A stretch of DNA of 64,000 bases from Cyanophora paradoxa CCMP329 (lineage: Eukaryota > Plantae > Glaucophyta). Below the pieces are notes generated by a model. That model ran no database searches. It was not told the DNA's origin and was given only the letters and a program-made list of their open reading frames with translations. The position numbers were made by a program, and so were the translations under genes. Shown here in pieces: positions 50,634 to 63,700 of this stretch; the stretch's first letter is position 1; the number at the start of each line of letters is the position of its first letter. The stretch spans positions 372,001 through 436,000 of the forward strand of contig QPMI01000010.1 of NCBI GenBank assembly GCA_004431415.1. Direction: 5' to 3'.

Positions 50634-52454
50634 ATGGCGCCGCCGTCGACGTCGCCTGCGCCGCCAGTCATTCCGGCGGTGAGCGAGTTCGTCTTTAAAG
50701 AGACCGCGTGCGAGGTCATGTCGGTCGTCACGCCGGACTCCGATCCCAGTGCGGTGCGCTCGCTGACAGCCGCTGCCGCTGCCGCTACCGCTGCCGCGCC
50801 GCCGCCCGGCTCCTGCACCGCCTCACGCCCGCGCCGCGGCCCCGCCCGCAGCCGGTCATCCTGTTCGTGCCGGGGAATCCTGGGACCATCGGGTACTACC
50901 GCCTTTTCTTCGGGCTGCTGAGCGCCCAGCTCGACGGGCGCGTCGACATCCACGGGGGTGCGCGCGGCCGCGCCGCCGCGCCCGCCCGCCAAGCCCTTAC
51001 AGACTTTCACTGAGTCACTCCTCTTATGCCCCGCCCAGTGTCTCACGTCGGCCACGACCAGAGGACCCACGACTGGTCCGTCTTCACCCTCGACGGTGCC
51101 GCGTACCCCCGTTCGGCGCGGCGCGCAGTGTACCCACCGGCGGTGCCCTTGAACAGACCAGATCGAGCACAAAATCGAGTGGATCGAGAAGGTGCTGGTA
51201 CCACGCTACGGCGGCGGCAGGGACATCCTGCGTGCGTGTACCCCCGCGGACCCTTGCGTGCCGCGGTGCACCCCGCCCGACACGGCGAGCGCGCTCCCCA
51301 GTCATGGGCCACTCAGTCGGGCAACACATCTGCTTCGAGGTACATCGACGCCCCTCCCCCGCCCGGCCGCGCCTCCGCCTCAACCGGGGCGGGGGGCGGG
51401 ACGCAGATCATGAGGCGCCGACCGGGGCTGCGGGTGAGGCACACGTTCGGGATCTTCCCCATGATACGGGATTTCTGGTCCTGCGCCCCGACTCCCGCCA
51501 AGGCCCGCCCGCCACCGCCTGTCCTGTACCCCTTCCCAAAGTTCCAAGTTTAGACTCAGCTGAGCTCTGCTCTGCGCAGATTCTCCTCCAGCCCGGCGCC
51601 CGCCAGGTTTTCGGCGCAGCCGTGGGCCTCCTCGCCGCCCTCCCCGTGCGTCGTATCGCGCACGTACCCCCCGCGGCTGACGGGGTACAGGGCGGCGTCG
51701 CGGAGCGGGTGATCCGCCTCATGCCGGACATGGACGAAGAGACTCGCGTGGTACGCGAGGCGCCGTCTCGTGTTCAGTGAAACAGTACTAGTCGCTGAGT
51801 GGCTCGGATCGCGCGCTGACCGGGTACCGGTACCGGATTTCAAGGTCACGAGCCTCCACCTCGCGTCCTACCGGACCTTCAGCAACGTGCTGCACATGGC
51901 GAGCTCACCCCCCTTTTCTTTCGCGTACCCCCGCTGAGCCTCGGCCGAACTCGAAGGCGTACACGGAGATGCGCGAGGTCCGGGAGTGGACAGAGCGCGA
52001 CTGGGCCTTCATGCGGTACCCCCCCTGCGCCCGGCGCTTGCCCCCCACTCGAGCACTGATTCAAGGTACCCCCGCAGGTCCGTGGCCCCCCGGACGACGC
52101 TCCTCTACACAACGAAGGACCACTGGGGCCCCGAGCGGCACTACGAGGAGCTCAAGGAGAAGCTTGAGGAGGGTACGCGTTTCATCGAAGTTTTGAGCTA
52201 CAGGGGCTGAACTGACGCGGTCTCGGGGGCGCAGCGACCGTCCTAATGGAGCCAGGGATCCCCCACGCGTGAGCCCCTTCCTCGCCCTGGTCGCGATCGC
52301 GATTGGTCCCAGGCCTAGGGGGCCGCCGGCTGCAGCTCACCTGAGCGCCCGGCCGCGCGCGCGCAGCTTCCCCCTCGGATCGGCGGCGAGGATGGCGGAC
52401 CTCGTCGGGCCCCGCCTCCGGTCCCTCTGCGGGCTGGCCCCCACCAAGCCTTAA
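50634..52454 (+). CDS. LDAH: Lipid droplet-associated serine hydrolase (LDAH/DUF2305-like)
   Basis: VILFVPGNPGTIGYY, VSHVGH, FTLD|DQIEHKIEWI, MGHSVG (GxSxG), LLYTTKDHWGP, IPHA|F. Confidence 0.9.
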
Positions 52455-52901
52455 AAGCCGTCGGAAAGGTAGCCTTCTGGTATCCCAAGCTTTAAGGCTA
52501 GCTAGCTAGCTCAGCGTCGACGTCTGCTGTCAAGCAAGCACTGCACTGGCTCTCGTTCAATTCCTAGACCTGCGCATGCGCATGCATGCACATCCAGCTG
52601 CTGATCCTGAGCGCCGTGGTCGACGCTCGCCGGCGCCGCGCCGGCCGCGGCCGCGCCGTGGCCATGGCCATATGCATGGGCGCCGGCCGGGCCGGGGGGC
52701 GCGGCCGGCCGCGGGCGCTATCCAGGCCTCCCAGCTGCATGCGCAGCACCGGCACTCTAGATCTTGCAATTCGTGTGCGCCACCGGCCGCGGGCCACATG
52801 TACATGAATATGTACACTCCGCGCGCTGCGCGGAGCTAGCGCTGGGCACTTTGAAGCACATCTATCCGGGTACGTGATTTGTGACGCATTCGACAAAAGC
52901 C

Positions 52902-54173
52902 ATGGGGATCGCCGCGTCGAGCTACAAGTTGATGTGCGTCCGCGATCGCTGGAACGCTCGAACGTCTCCGGGTGCCCGTCGCTGACGATCTGTCTGACGC
53001 GCAGCTACTTCGACATCCGCGGGTTCGTCGGCCAGACGTGCAAGCTTACACATACCGCTCGAACGATCTTGACGCACAGGTACGCGGAGGTGCCGCGGCT
53101 CCTGTTCGCTGCCGCTGGCGTCCCGTACGAAGACTTCCGGTTCGCCCGCGGCCGGTCCACAGCTCGCATCCCGCTGACGAGCTCGCGCGCGTAGCTACCC
53201 GATGTCGCCTACGTACGAACGCCCGGAGTTCGACAAGGCGAAGGCTGCAGGCATCTTTCCGTTCGGCCAGATCCCCGTGCGCAATCGCGGATCCGCGGGG
53301 TGCGGCAGCACAAATGTCCCACGCTCGCTCCGCAGGTTCTTGAGGTGGACGGGAAGAAGATCCCTCAGTCGCGCGCCATCGAGCGCTACCTGGCTCGCGT
53401 GCGTCGCGCCAGAAGCAGCAGCCGCGGAGCCGTGCGCGGCTGACCCCGCGCAGCGCTTCGGCATGTTCGGCGATAACGAGATCGAAACGGCTATGATCGA
53501 CGCGCTCTGCGAGCAGGCGGCCGACATCCGGACGAAGTTCTTCGAGGCCAGCTCCCGCAAGGACGTGGCTAAGGCGAGCTGATCTCGGCCTGCACCGTGC
53601 CCGCTCGCCCGCCCGCTCGCTCACCGACTCCCGGGCTCGCGCGCGCGCAGATCGCCGAGCTGTACGCAACCGAGCTTGAGAAGATGCTTCAGGGCGTTGA
53701 GAAGATGGCCCAGGCGCGCGCGCGCAAGCGCGCGTGCTTCTCCGAAGGCCCACCGGCTTCTGACGCGCCCGCCGGGCCGGGCCCGGCGCGCAGGCCAACG
53801 CGGCGGACGGCGGCGCGGGGTTCCTGGTCGGCAAGCGGCTCTCCGTGGCCGATGTCTTCTACTACCACCTCCTCACCAGCATCCTTGACGCGAAGGTCAG
53901 ACCGCGCGGGAGGCCGGGGACTCATTGAGCCAGCGACTATTGCGGGCCCATGATCGTGCCGTGCAGGAGAAGGTGGAGCCCGTGCTGGCCAAGATGCCGG
54001 CGCTCAAGCGGGTGGTCGAGGCCACCGGGCGCCAGAGCGGTGCGGGCCCTGCCCCTCCCCTCCCCTCCCCTCCCTCCCCGCCGCCGTGCGCGGCCCCCTG
54101 CCAGGCCGACGAGCCACGCTGGGCCGCAGGCATAGCCAAGTATGTCAAGAATCGCCCCGACTCGTGGATCTAA
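52902..54173 (+). CDS. Glutathione S-transferase, sigma-like
   Basis: YKL..YFDIRG|YAEVPRLLFAAAGVPYEDFR, PFGQIP|VLEVDGKKIPQSRAIERYLAR, FLVGKRLSVAD, IAKYVKNRP. Confidence 0.93.
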
Positions 54174-54864
54174 GCCGAAAACTATTTCAAGCTCAAGTCT
54201 AGAGACTGGGCAGCTCCAGCTGGGGCCGCTCAGCTCAGCCTCAAGAGTCTTACTATGATAGCCCTCGGCCGCGGGGCTTTTACAGTTACAAATTGCAACT
54301 GAATATTAGTAGTAAACCGTGGTGTGAGTGATCGACGTGTGCTTGCGTGTCGAAGTTAGTTGCAATTGCATTCTTTTACTAAGTTACATGCAGAACTTCT
54401 GAGCCTGCTAGGCACACACGACGGGATTCGAAACGAAATCCAATCGAGCGCGCACGTGGAAGCTTGAGCACTGCGTTATACATGTACATGCACACGCGGG
54501 CTTGACTCGAATTTGAATACGATCAATCGGCATCTAATCCTAGCTTTCAGAAGAGCAAGCAAGCGTCTCGGCCAGTTACGCATACTTCTATCGTACCAAG
54601 CTCGAAGCGGGCGTACACTCACTGACGCCCTGGAAGAGACCGCAGATCTAACGTAGAACAAAACCCGCTACAGAGCCGCGGGCTGGAGACTCGGGGGTGC
54701 TCTATTAAAACTTCCAAAAAACCTGATTGCTGTGAAACGGAAAGTTCAGGGGGTGGGAGGGGAGAGGCCCTAGTTACTCTAACTACGCTACGCTACAACT
54801 GAAACCAGCTGGATATGTTCGATGATAGTTACGACGCAGAAAAGGACCGGGCGCCGCCGGCCGC

Positions 54865-57071
54865 TCACCAGCCGCCGACGGGCGAGGCCGCCGGGGGCGA
54901 TGTGGGGTTGAAGGAAGGCGGCGCCAGCACCAGCGGGCCCTCGGCTGGCTGCTGCTGCTGCTGCGGCGGCTGCTGCTGCTGCATGGGAATGCCCACGTCC
55001 GCGAGCGCGTCGGCAAGCAGCTCGTCGCTCAGCTCGACCAGGTCCGGGCTGCCGAGGGGCGGCACGCCCGGCGAGGGCGGCACGGCGTCGTCGTCGACGG
55101 GGACGGGGGCGGGGACGGCGCGGTCCGACCCGGGCTCCAGCTTGACGCTAAGGGCGGGCAGGGGCGCCAGCATGTCGTCCAGCGGGATCGCGTCGTCGAG
55201 GCCCGGGTGCTCCGGCGAGGAGAGGAACGCGCGCCACGCGTCCGACGACGTCGAGGTCGCGCGCCCGGGTGCTGCCGCCGCCGCCGCGGCCGCAGGGGAC
55301 GCCGGGGCGGCGGCGGCGGCGGAGGCGGGGGGCCGGGAGGAGGAGGGGGCGGGGTCGGCTGCGGCCTCGCCCAGCTCCTCATCGTCGTCATCGTCGTCCA
55401 TGTTGACGTCGTCCTCGTCTGCAGCCCCGCCCCGCCCCCGCGTCAGCTCACAGGGCATGCGCTCCGAGAGCGGGCGGGCGGGCGGGCGGGCGGGCGCCGC
55501 CGCACCTTCGTCCTCGAGCTGGGAGAGCGAGAGAGTGCTGTCCGCGAGCTCTTCGATGCTGGCGGTCGCGGGGGCGGCGGGGGCGGCGGCGGCGGCCCCG
55601 CGCCCGCGCCGCGTCACCGGGCCGCTCGCTGTTGAGATGAGCGCGCTGCCGCTGCCGGCCGCTGACGAGCGCGTCGACCGCTGCGGCCGCGACGGCCTCC
55701 CCTGCACGCCCTTCGCCAGCGAGCGCTGCGAGAGGAGCTCCTGCGGCCGCTCGGCTCGTCAGCGCAGCGGGGGCGGGGGCAGCGGGGGGCGGGCTCGCCT
55801 GGAGAAGGTTCTGCGCGTCGGCATTCCCGAAGATCTGGTTGGCGATGTCGGCCTCGGGCGCCAGGTTCAGCTTCGCGCCCGGCGCGAACGGGTTCGGCTG
55901 CTGCGCGGCTGCGGCCGCCGAGCTCCCGTTCGTGTACGTCTGTGGTGCAGGCGGCGCGTCAGCAACGGCGGCGCCGGCGCGCGGTGCGGCAAACTGCGAG
56001 CCTGAAGCTGGGTGCCGGGGTCCTCCATCAGGCTCGCCGCGTCAGGAGAATCCGGGTTCGCAGGGTTTGTCTCCGGGCTGTCCGGGGCGCCCGCGCGGCG
56101 CTTCTTCCGCGCCGTGATCAGCTGCTGGGCGCTGCTGCCGATGCTGGTCTCTGCGGAAAGAGAGAGTTCAGGCACTCGGATTGGACCGGCAGAAAGAGGA
56201 GAAAGAGAAGGGGCGCACTCGAAAAGAGAGCGCCGAGGAAGTTGACGATCTTGTCGACGGTCTCCTGCGTCTCCTGCTGCTTCGCCTTCCATTCGCTGAC
56301 CTCGTTAACCAGGCGCTTGATGTTGTTCTGCATCTGGGAGTGCGCCTGCCGCTGACGGACGAGCTCCATAACGAGCACGTCTTTGTCTTTCTTCAGCCTG
56401 TCGACCTGCTCCACGACATTGTTTTGGTGGACCTCGAGCTGCTGCTGCGTCGCAGTGCTCTGCTTCCGCCGGTTGATGTCACGCAGCAAGTCCTCTCGCC
56501 CCCGCATGAAGTTCTCGTGAGCAAACTCCCACATATCCGGATGATTCTTGCGGAATCCATAGATGTTCAGCTGGCGCACGAAGCTGGACAGGTTGCTGCA
56601 GCGGCGGTAGTCAGAAACGCGAAGCGGCGCAGACAAAACGACACAGACAGCGCACCTGTGCTTGAAGTAGCGCGGAAGGATGTCCCGCGCAAAGTCCGCT
56701 GGCTTCCAGATGATCTGCACCGAAAGGAGCGGTAAGCGCGCTCCGGCTCAGAAGGCCGCAGGGATGAACAGGCGGCACGCACAAAGCTGTTTTCGCCAGT
56801 GCTCCACGAGATGCAATCGTTCGTATTCGGGTCCTGCGCGACGGAAAGACGAGGCGATAAGATGGCGCATCAGGGGCTCGTGGAGAGCAATGCATCCGCG
56901 CCGGGCCACCAAGAAGGCTATTTTCGGTGTATAGATGCTATACACAACCTTTACGGTTGCAAAAGCGGGGCCCTTGCGCACCTCAACCATCTGGTATGTC
57001 TTCGTCAAGAACGGCGGCGGCTGCCCGTCCTGCCGCTTCCCGCCTCCAGAACCACGCAGAAGCGCTTTCAT
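54865..57071 (-). CDS. HSF: Heat shock transcription factor (3' end approximate)
   Basis: [13 protein letters not shown]|[17 protein letters not shown]|[19 protein letters not shown]|[28 protein letters not shown], followed by an HR-A/B heptad coiled coil. Confidence 0.96.
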
Positions 57072-57433
57072 GCTGCTTTGATCCGGCATAAGGTGGTGCA
57101 GGGCAAGCGAACTTGCTGCGCTTTGTGCTTCGTATGCTGCGGCTGGGCTGTCCCGCGCGGCGAGTTGAAGTTTAAGCTAAGCCGGTACGGCAGACGCTGA
57201 CTGTATAGTCCGAGGCCGCCGCGCGAGTCGTCGGGGGATGCTTCTCGCGCGTCGACGAGTCCCGAGACGGCAGGGGTACACGTCCGCAGGCACGTGATAC
57301 AAAGCATTCAGGCACATTCATCCACGTGAAGGGTAGGGACGCGCCGCAGCGTCACCGCGGAGTCATGTGAGCGCCCAGCGCTAGCGCTAGCTCTCGCTAC
57401 GTTAATCGATATCGTACGTAACGTTATAATTAA

Positions 57434-58131
57434 CCGGCCCGTACGTAATTTAATATAACTGCCGCATGCGCGCGCAGTGCCGGCCTGCCGCCATGGCCAG
57501 CTGCAGTGCCATGCCAAGCGACTTCACCGCGGCCCGGTCCGGTCGCGCGGCGCCGGCGCGCGCCGGCGCCGCCGGCGCGGCCGCAGTACTAGTATGCAGC
57601 GACTTCGACGCGCGGCTCGCGCGCCTATAAACGGCGCAGCCCGCGGCCGGCCGCGCGCCAGCTCGGCCGCGCCGCGGCGCGCGGTAATATATTAATAGTC
57701 CGGATCTTCAAGGCTTCTATAATCTTAGCCCCCGCAGTGCTGATGTCTAGAGACTGTGGCCAGTAATTCACCAAAAATATACTATGATAGGGATCGGGAG
57801 GCGCGGGCCTGCGCTGCCGCAGTGCGGCAGCCTGCAGTCTACCGTACGTACGCGTATACCGTAGTACTAGTATACGTACCGCCGGGCCGGCCCGTACGTA
57901 CCTGCCGGCCTGCCGCCAGCTGCAGCCTACATGTACACTGCAGCTGCAGCGCCGGCGCCACTGGGCCATGCCAAGCGACTTCACCGCGGCCCGGCCCGGT
58001 CGCGCGGCGCCGGCCGGCGCGCGGCGCGCGCCGCGGCCGCAGTGCGCAGCGACGTCGATGCGCGGCTCGCGATCGCCTATTTACATACGGCGCGGCCGAT
58101 CGCGAGCCGCGGCGCGCGGTTATTCCGGATC
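57434..58131. repeat. Diverged approximately 250-270 bp direct repeat pair upstream of HSF
   Basis: 57434-57706 and 57887-58131 share CCGGCCCGTACGTA..CCATGCCAAGCGACTTCACCGCGGCCCGG..CCGGATC. Confidence 0.85.
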
Positions 58132-59081
58132 CAGCCGCGGCCGCGGCCGCGGCCGCGGGCCGGCCGACTCGGCGAGCGGTTTGAAACTTTGCATGCGACG
58201 CGTACTTTGCCGGCGCCCCGGCCCGGCCCGCGGCTGCTGCTGCCGGCTGCCGGCCGCCGTACGCGTGCATGCGCACGAAGCCACCCGGCGCCCGGTTTAA
58301 TACTAGGGGCCCGGCCGCGTTTGGCGCGCCGGGGGTGCAAGGGGGGAATCGGGATCTAATGAAAGAGTAGTAGTGGCACGAACATGCACGGGGCAGATGT
58401 AGATCGACCCCGCCGGGCCGGCCCAGCGCGCGCGGCAGGTTGAAGTGTAAAGATAAACACAGATTGAGTGGCGGGGCGCACGCGGGGCGCCGAATGAGCG
58501 GACAAGCGGCACTGTCGCGTGCGGGATTAGTGTGGAAGCACGCGGGGAGGCTCCCGGTCGAGCGTGGCTCGACGGGGCTCAGTGGATCACGAGGGATCGC
58601 TGTCGCTTCTGTAGTATTGCAAGTAACACTGTATCCCTAATGAATCAGGTGTACCCGGACAGGCCCGGCGTACCCGTAGTAGCCATAATAAGAGGTGGCC
58701 GAGGCGTACTGACGCCGACGTCGGCCCTAGCAGCGCGTAGGCTGCACTAGCAACTAGCAGCACGAAGGCTGCACTATCTAGCTCCGCTGAGCTCCGCATG
58801 CACGATAATCATGTATGCGACAGGCACGTCGTACGCAGCACGCGAACTATAGCTAGTCTGCTGTCCGGCCCGGCGGGTGCCGATCGCAACAAGAGCGCCG
58901 AGCGCCCGGCCCGGCCGGCGTGCTCGGCAGGCACACGCGGTTCTGCAATATAAGCTCGATATAAGCTCGATATAAGCGCAGCAAGAAAGTACCGTAGTAC
59001 GGTCTAGATCTGGCCGGCCGGGCGTGCTCGGCTGCGATCAGCTGCAGCGGCGCAGGCAGCAACGCAAGCAGTTTCTAGGCG

Positions 59082-59462
59082 GAAATCTAGAGGAGACGTT
59101 GACCGTCGGACAGGTAGAGAGAAGTGGTTCCATGCAGAACCGCGCAACGAAGAGCAAGGCGAAAGCGACGCACTGCGAGGAAGCCGAAATCTAGAGGAGA
59201 CAGCGAGGGAGAACTGGTTCCATGCAGAACCGCGCAAGCAATTCGAAGACCGGAGTTAGAGAGAAGTGAGTTTTCCCCTCGAAAACCACTTTTTCCCCTC
59301 GAATTCGACGCTCGAAAGTCGAGAGCTGACCGGTCCACCGAGCCAATCGGAAGACGAATAACCAACATTTTCGTTGCAGACTGGCCCTCGAAAACGGCCT
59401 CATAGAAAAATTTTGGCTGAAGCGAGGGAACGGGAAGCAAGGGGGTCCCCTTCCCCCCTTGC
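59082..59462. mobile_element. Putative non-autonomous element with internal direct repeats and terminal G/C hairpin
   Basis: GAAATCTAGAGGAGAC x2, TGGTTCCATGCAGAACCGCGCAA x2, TTTTCCCCTCGAA x2. 9-bp stem GCAAGGGGG/CCCCCTTGC at 59437-59462. Confidence 0.4.
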
Positions 59463-60716
59463 AATATATTCGGCCTGATCTGAGCGACTGCGCATGCGCG
59501 CCGCGGCGCGAGGTTTCATGATCATGATCGATATCAGCGCGACGTGCACGTGTGACGTGCACGTGTAATGATCAGCACTGCGGCGACCGCCCGGCGGCCG
59601 TCCCGACCATACTATGATATGCATCGGCTGGAGTCTAGACTTGAGATGATAGGGACCGGATCGCGATCGGGAGCAAGCCTTCTTTGATTTCCTCAGCGGC
59701 TGGCCCAGTCACTGAGTGGCCACGCGTACCTGCAGCTGGCAGCCGCTGAGCTCTAGAGTGCTTAAGCTTATAAATTAGCTATAGTGCTGGTGGCCATTGA
59801 TCATGAGCCCGCGGCCCGGCGGCCTTCCGGGTTCGGGAACACGAATTTGGGATTTGATCCAGACACATGCATGATGTTTGATTCGGAGCTTGTTCGAATT
59901 CACAGGCCTTGGCGGGCCCGGGGGGGGGGGGCTGCGGGGGCTGGCCCCGGGCGCTATATAGCTACCGCTACCAATACCACTCAACCGTTGAACTACGCAC
60001 CACCGGGAATTACTAGTACTGACTGGGCTACCAGGGCTACAATGTACTGTACGCGCACATCATGGCATGTCTCAGGATCAAACTTGAAAGCTCGAACTTG
60101 AACTTCGGAAAATTCATCCATATTCGAGTGATGTCGGACTTAGCTATAGCTAGCGCTATAGGCTGATTATAACGCGCAACTAAATCTGATCATGAAGCAC
60201 GTTACTAAGTTACACGCAGGTTTATATGAGCGATCATGTATCATAGTATCGCGAGCTCGAGCTACGAAAATGAATTCGAAAAGAAAGAAGCATAACACAA
60301 AATAATCAGGACATATGCGACCTAGTCCTCCATTATAAACCCCAATACTATAATACACTGTGATTTGCAAGTTGTAATATTGCTACTACCAGGCTATGTA
60401 GATCTGCAAGGCTACAGGCTTAGGGAATGTGCCCCCGCAAATATCGTTCAAAACAAGGGCCAGAAAGCCTCTGGCACTGAGCATGAAATGAAATGAGTCA
60501 GAGTCTACATATAATACTAAACCGTGGCCCCGCCGGGCCGGCCGCCGGGCCGCCGGGCCGCCGGGCGGGGCCGGCGCCCGCGCGAACTCCGCAGTCGACC
60601 TCCGGTGATCCCGCGCCCGCCAGCGAATTGAAAGCGGGCGCGAGCGCCGTGGGAATGAGGAATGGGGAATGGGGAGCCACCCCCCCTGAATCTCATGATC
60701 AAGGCCGGGCCTAGGC

Positions 60717-63700
60717 CTAGGCCTGCCGGCCGAGGCCGAGGCCGAGGCCGAGGCGTGCGCGGACGACGGCGATCAAATTGTCGATCTGCAGGGGCGTGGA
60801 CGGGGCGTGGAAGTCGTCCATGCCGGCCGCCGCGCACGCCTCCCGGTCCTCCCGCGTGCAGTTCGCCGAGAGCGCCACGATCGGCAGCGGCCCCGGCGGC
60901 AGCGACCCGTCCGCCTCCAGCCGCCGGATCTCCTCCGCCGCCCCCAGCCCGTCCAGCACCGGCATCTGCACGTCCTGTACCCCCCGTAGCTATTGTTAGC
61001 CCGGGGGGGGAGGAAGGGGGGGGGGAAGAAGGCGCGCCATGAGGCAGAGGTGGAAGGGGTCGGAGTGCTGGCGGCTCAGGAGGGCGTCGACGGCCTGGCG
61101 CCCGTCGTGGACGATGCGGAAGCGGCAGCCGGTCCGCGCGAGCAGCTTGGAGAGGACCAGACAGTTGAACGCGTTGTCCTCCGCGCACAGGATGTTCGCC
61201 TCCTCGATGCGCGTCGGGCGACCGTTCCCCGATGGCGGAGGCGGCGACGGGGGCGGGGGCGGGGCCACGGCGGACAGCACCAGGTCGATGGAGAGAACGG
61301 GCGCCGGCTGGTCGCGGGGGGGTAGGACGAGAGAGAGGGGGGGGGAGGCGGGAGGATGCCCGCTGCGCCTTCGCCTCCGCCCCCGCCCCCGCCCCCGCCT
61401 CTGCCTTCGCCTCCGCCTTCGCCCCAGTACTAGTCGCACCGTCGGCCTTCGACCCGGAGCCGGGACCGGGGCCCGGGCCGGGGCCGAAGCCGGCTGCCGG
61501 GGCCTCCAGGGCGTCCAGGCAAGCCAGCAGCGCCTCCGCCTCTGCCACGCGGACCGGCGTCGTGAGCTCGAGCGGCGGGTACCCCGCTCCCGACCCCTTC
61601 CCCTCCCCCGCCTCCTCCTCCCGCCTCCGGCCCCGCGGCCACACCACGACCAGCGGCACCGGCGCGCGCCGGTGGGGCGCCGCCGGGAGCGCCCTGTACC
61701 CCAAGAGCCCCTCCGGGCGGGCCGCCCCCAGCGACAGGACCGCCACCGTGCGCCCCGCCGACGTCGACGTCGTACCCCCCGCGGGGGCGTCCCCCACCTC
61801 CGCGTCGGCGTCGGCGTAGGAGGGGTACAGGGCGATGCCGGGGCGGGGCCGGCGCTGCCGGGCGCAGGCGGCCTGCAGGCTCTCCGAGACCGATTGGGTG
61901 AAGGCGGGCGGTCCGACCACCGCGAAGCGCAGCGCGGGCGACCCGCCGGCTTCCTCGTCCTCCTGCCCCTGGTCCGGCGCCTCGCCCGTACCCCTCTCCG
62001 CAGCGCGCAGGGGTATCGAGAAGTGGAATCTGATGGAGGGGGGCGTGCGGTGAGACTCGAGGAGAGGGGCGCAGGCGGAAGGCTCGGGGGGGTACTGGGG
62101 CGCGCCGCGAGCCCTTGTCGGGCCAGCTCTCCACGCCGATGGAGCCCCCGAGCTCGTTGATGATCGCCGCTGAAAGCGCCAGGCCCAGCCCTGCACCGGC
62201 CGGCCCCCGACAGAGGCGCAGCAGGCCTCGAGCTTAGGGCGGGAGGGGTGCCCGCGCCGGTGCCGCCGAAGCGGCGGGTGATGGTGGCGTCGGCCTGCGC
62301 GAAGGGGCGGAAGAGCTTCTTGACGTTCTCCGGAGAGATCCCTGTGCCCCCGGGCCCCGGCCGCCGGTTCAAGCGGGTTCGAATGAGGGCCCGGGCCGGG
62401 GCGAGGCGAGGGAGGGTACCGATGCCCTCGTCGGTGACGACGAACTCTAGCCACTCGCGATCGAACGCGTACCCCTCCCGGGAGGCCGGGGCGGGGAACG
62501 CGCGCCCCGGGCGAGGGGGCGCGTATGGCTCGGGCGTGTCGAGCCTCAAGGCGAAGCGCCGCGGCGAGACGGATCCGGAGGCGTCCGCTGAATCAGCGTC
62601 GGACTCGACCGGGGGCGACGCGGAGCGGCCTCGGCCTAAGGCCAAAGCCGAAGCCGAGGTGAGTGAGCCGCCGCGGCGGCCGAGGCGCCGGCGCGAGCGA
62701 GCGGGGCGGGGGGGCGGACCGAAAGCCGCCTCGCGACGGCGGGGCCAGGGCGGAGCCGGCGACTCGGCGCGGACGTCGACGCGGGACCGGTGGCTCGGCT
62801 CTCCCGGGCCCGCTCCCGAGCCCGGCTCCTGATCCGGATCTAGGCCCAGGGGACCAGAGGCCACGCGGGGGCCGGAGAGGATCCGGCGGAAGGAGGAGAA
62901 GGCGCGCGGGCGGAGGCCTAGGGGCGCCGACGGGGGGCGGGATCCGGACCCGAACCCGTACCCGGCATCGGGGCGGCCGCGGGGCGCGGGGGGACCGTTC
63001 CTCCCGGACCCATTCCCCCGCAGGCGGACCTCGACGAAGACCGTTCCCCCGCGCTTGCTGAACTTGATCGCGTTCGAGGCGAGGTTGATCTGCGCGCCGC
63101 GCGCGCGCGCGGATCATCGGACCGACGGCCGCGTTCAAGCAGCGGCCTTTGAGCCTTAGCTCCAGGCAGCAGCTCTGACGGCCGCTGGCGCAGCTCTAGG
63201 CCTCTCGGCCCCTAGGCTAAGCTCCAAGCAGCTCTGACGGCCGCTGCAGCTGGGCGGGGCGGGGGCGGGGCTAAGCTCCAAGCAGCTAAGCTCCAAGCTG
63301 GGCGCAGCGCACCAGGACCTGGCGGAGGCGCACGGGGTCGCCCAGGACGCGCGCCGGCACCTCCGGCGACAGCCTCGTCAGCAGCTCCACGCCTGCCGGC
63401 GCGCGCGCTCTCAGCTGAGCTCGGCTGAGCATCGGGGCCTCTGGGCGCTGGCGGACCCTGCTGCTGGGCGGCCATGACGAGGAGGTCGGCCGAGTCCTCG
63501 AGGCAGCGCCGCAGCTCGAACTCGGTCTCCTCCAGCACCAGCTTGCCCGACTGCACCTTCTCCCAGTCCAGGATGTTGCTCACGATCTCGACCAGCGACT
63601 CGCCGGCCTTGGCGATCAGCTCCGCGAACTCGCGCTGCTCCGCAGTGAGTCCCGTGTCCCGCAGCAGCGCCGCGCAGCCGACGATGCCCTGCGAGGGATT

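Noticed and set aside
2370-52454. Lipid-remodelling 'cluster' (patatin, tafazzin, LDAH)
   Set aside because: The genes are spread over 50 kb with unrelated genes between them, and nothing supports co-regulation.
59082-59300. Repeats with intervening unique sequence, superficially CRISPR-like (also 34282-34355)
   Set aside because: Only two copies of each, irregular spacing, no cas genes, eukaryotic context.
57200-59300. Heat-shock elements upstream of HSF
   Set aside because: No convincing nGAAnnTTCnnGAAn array was found by eye.
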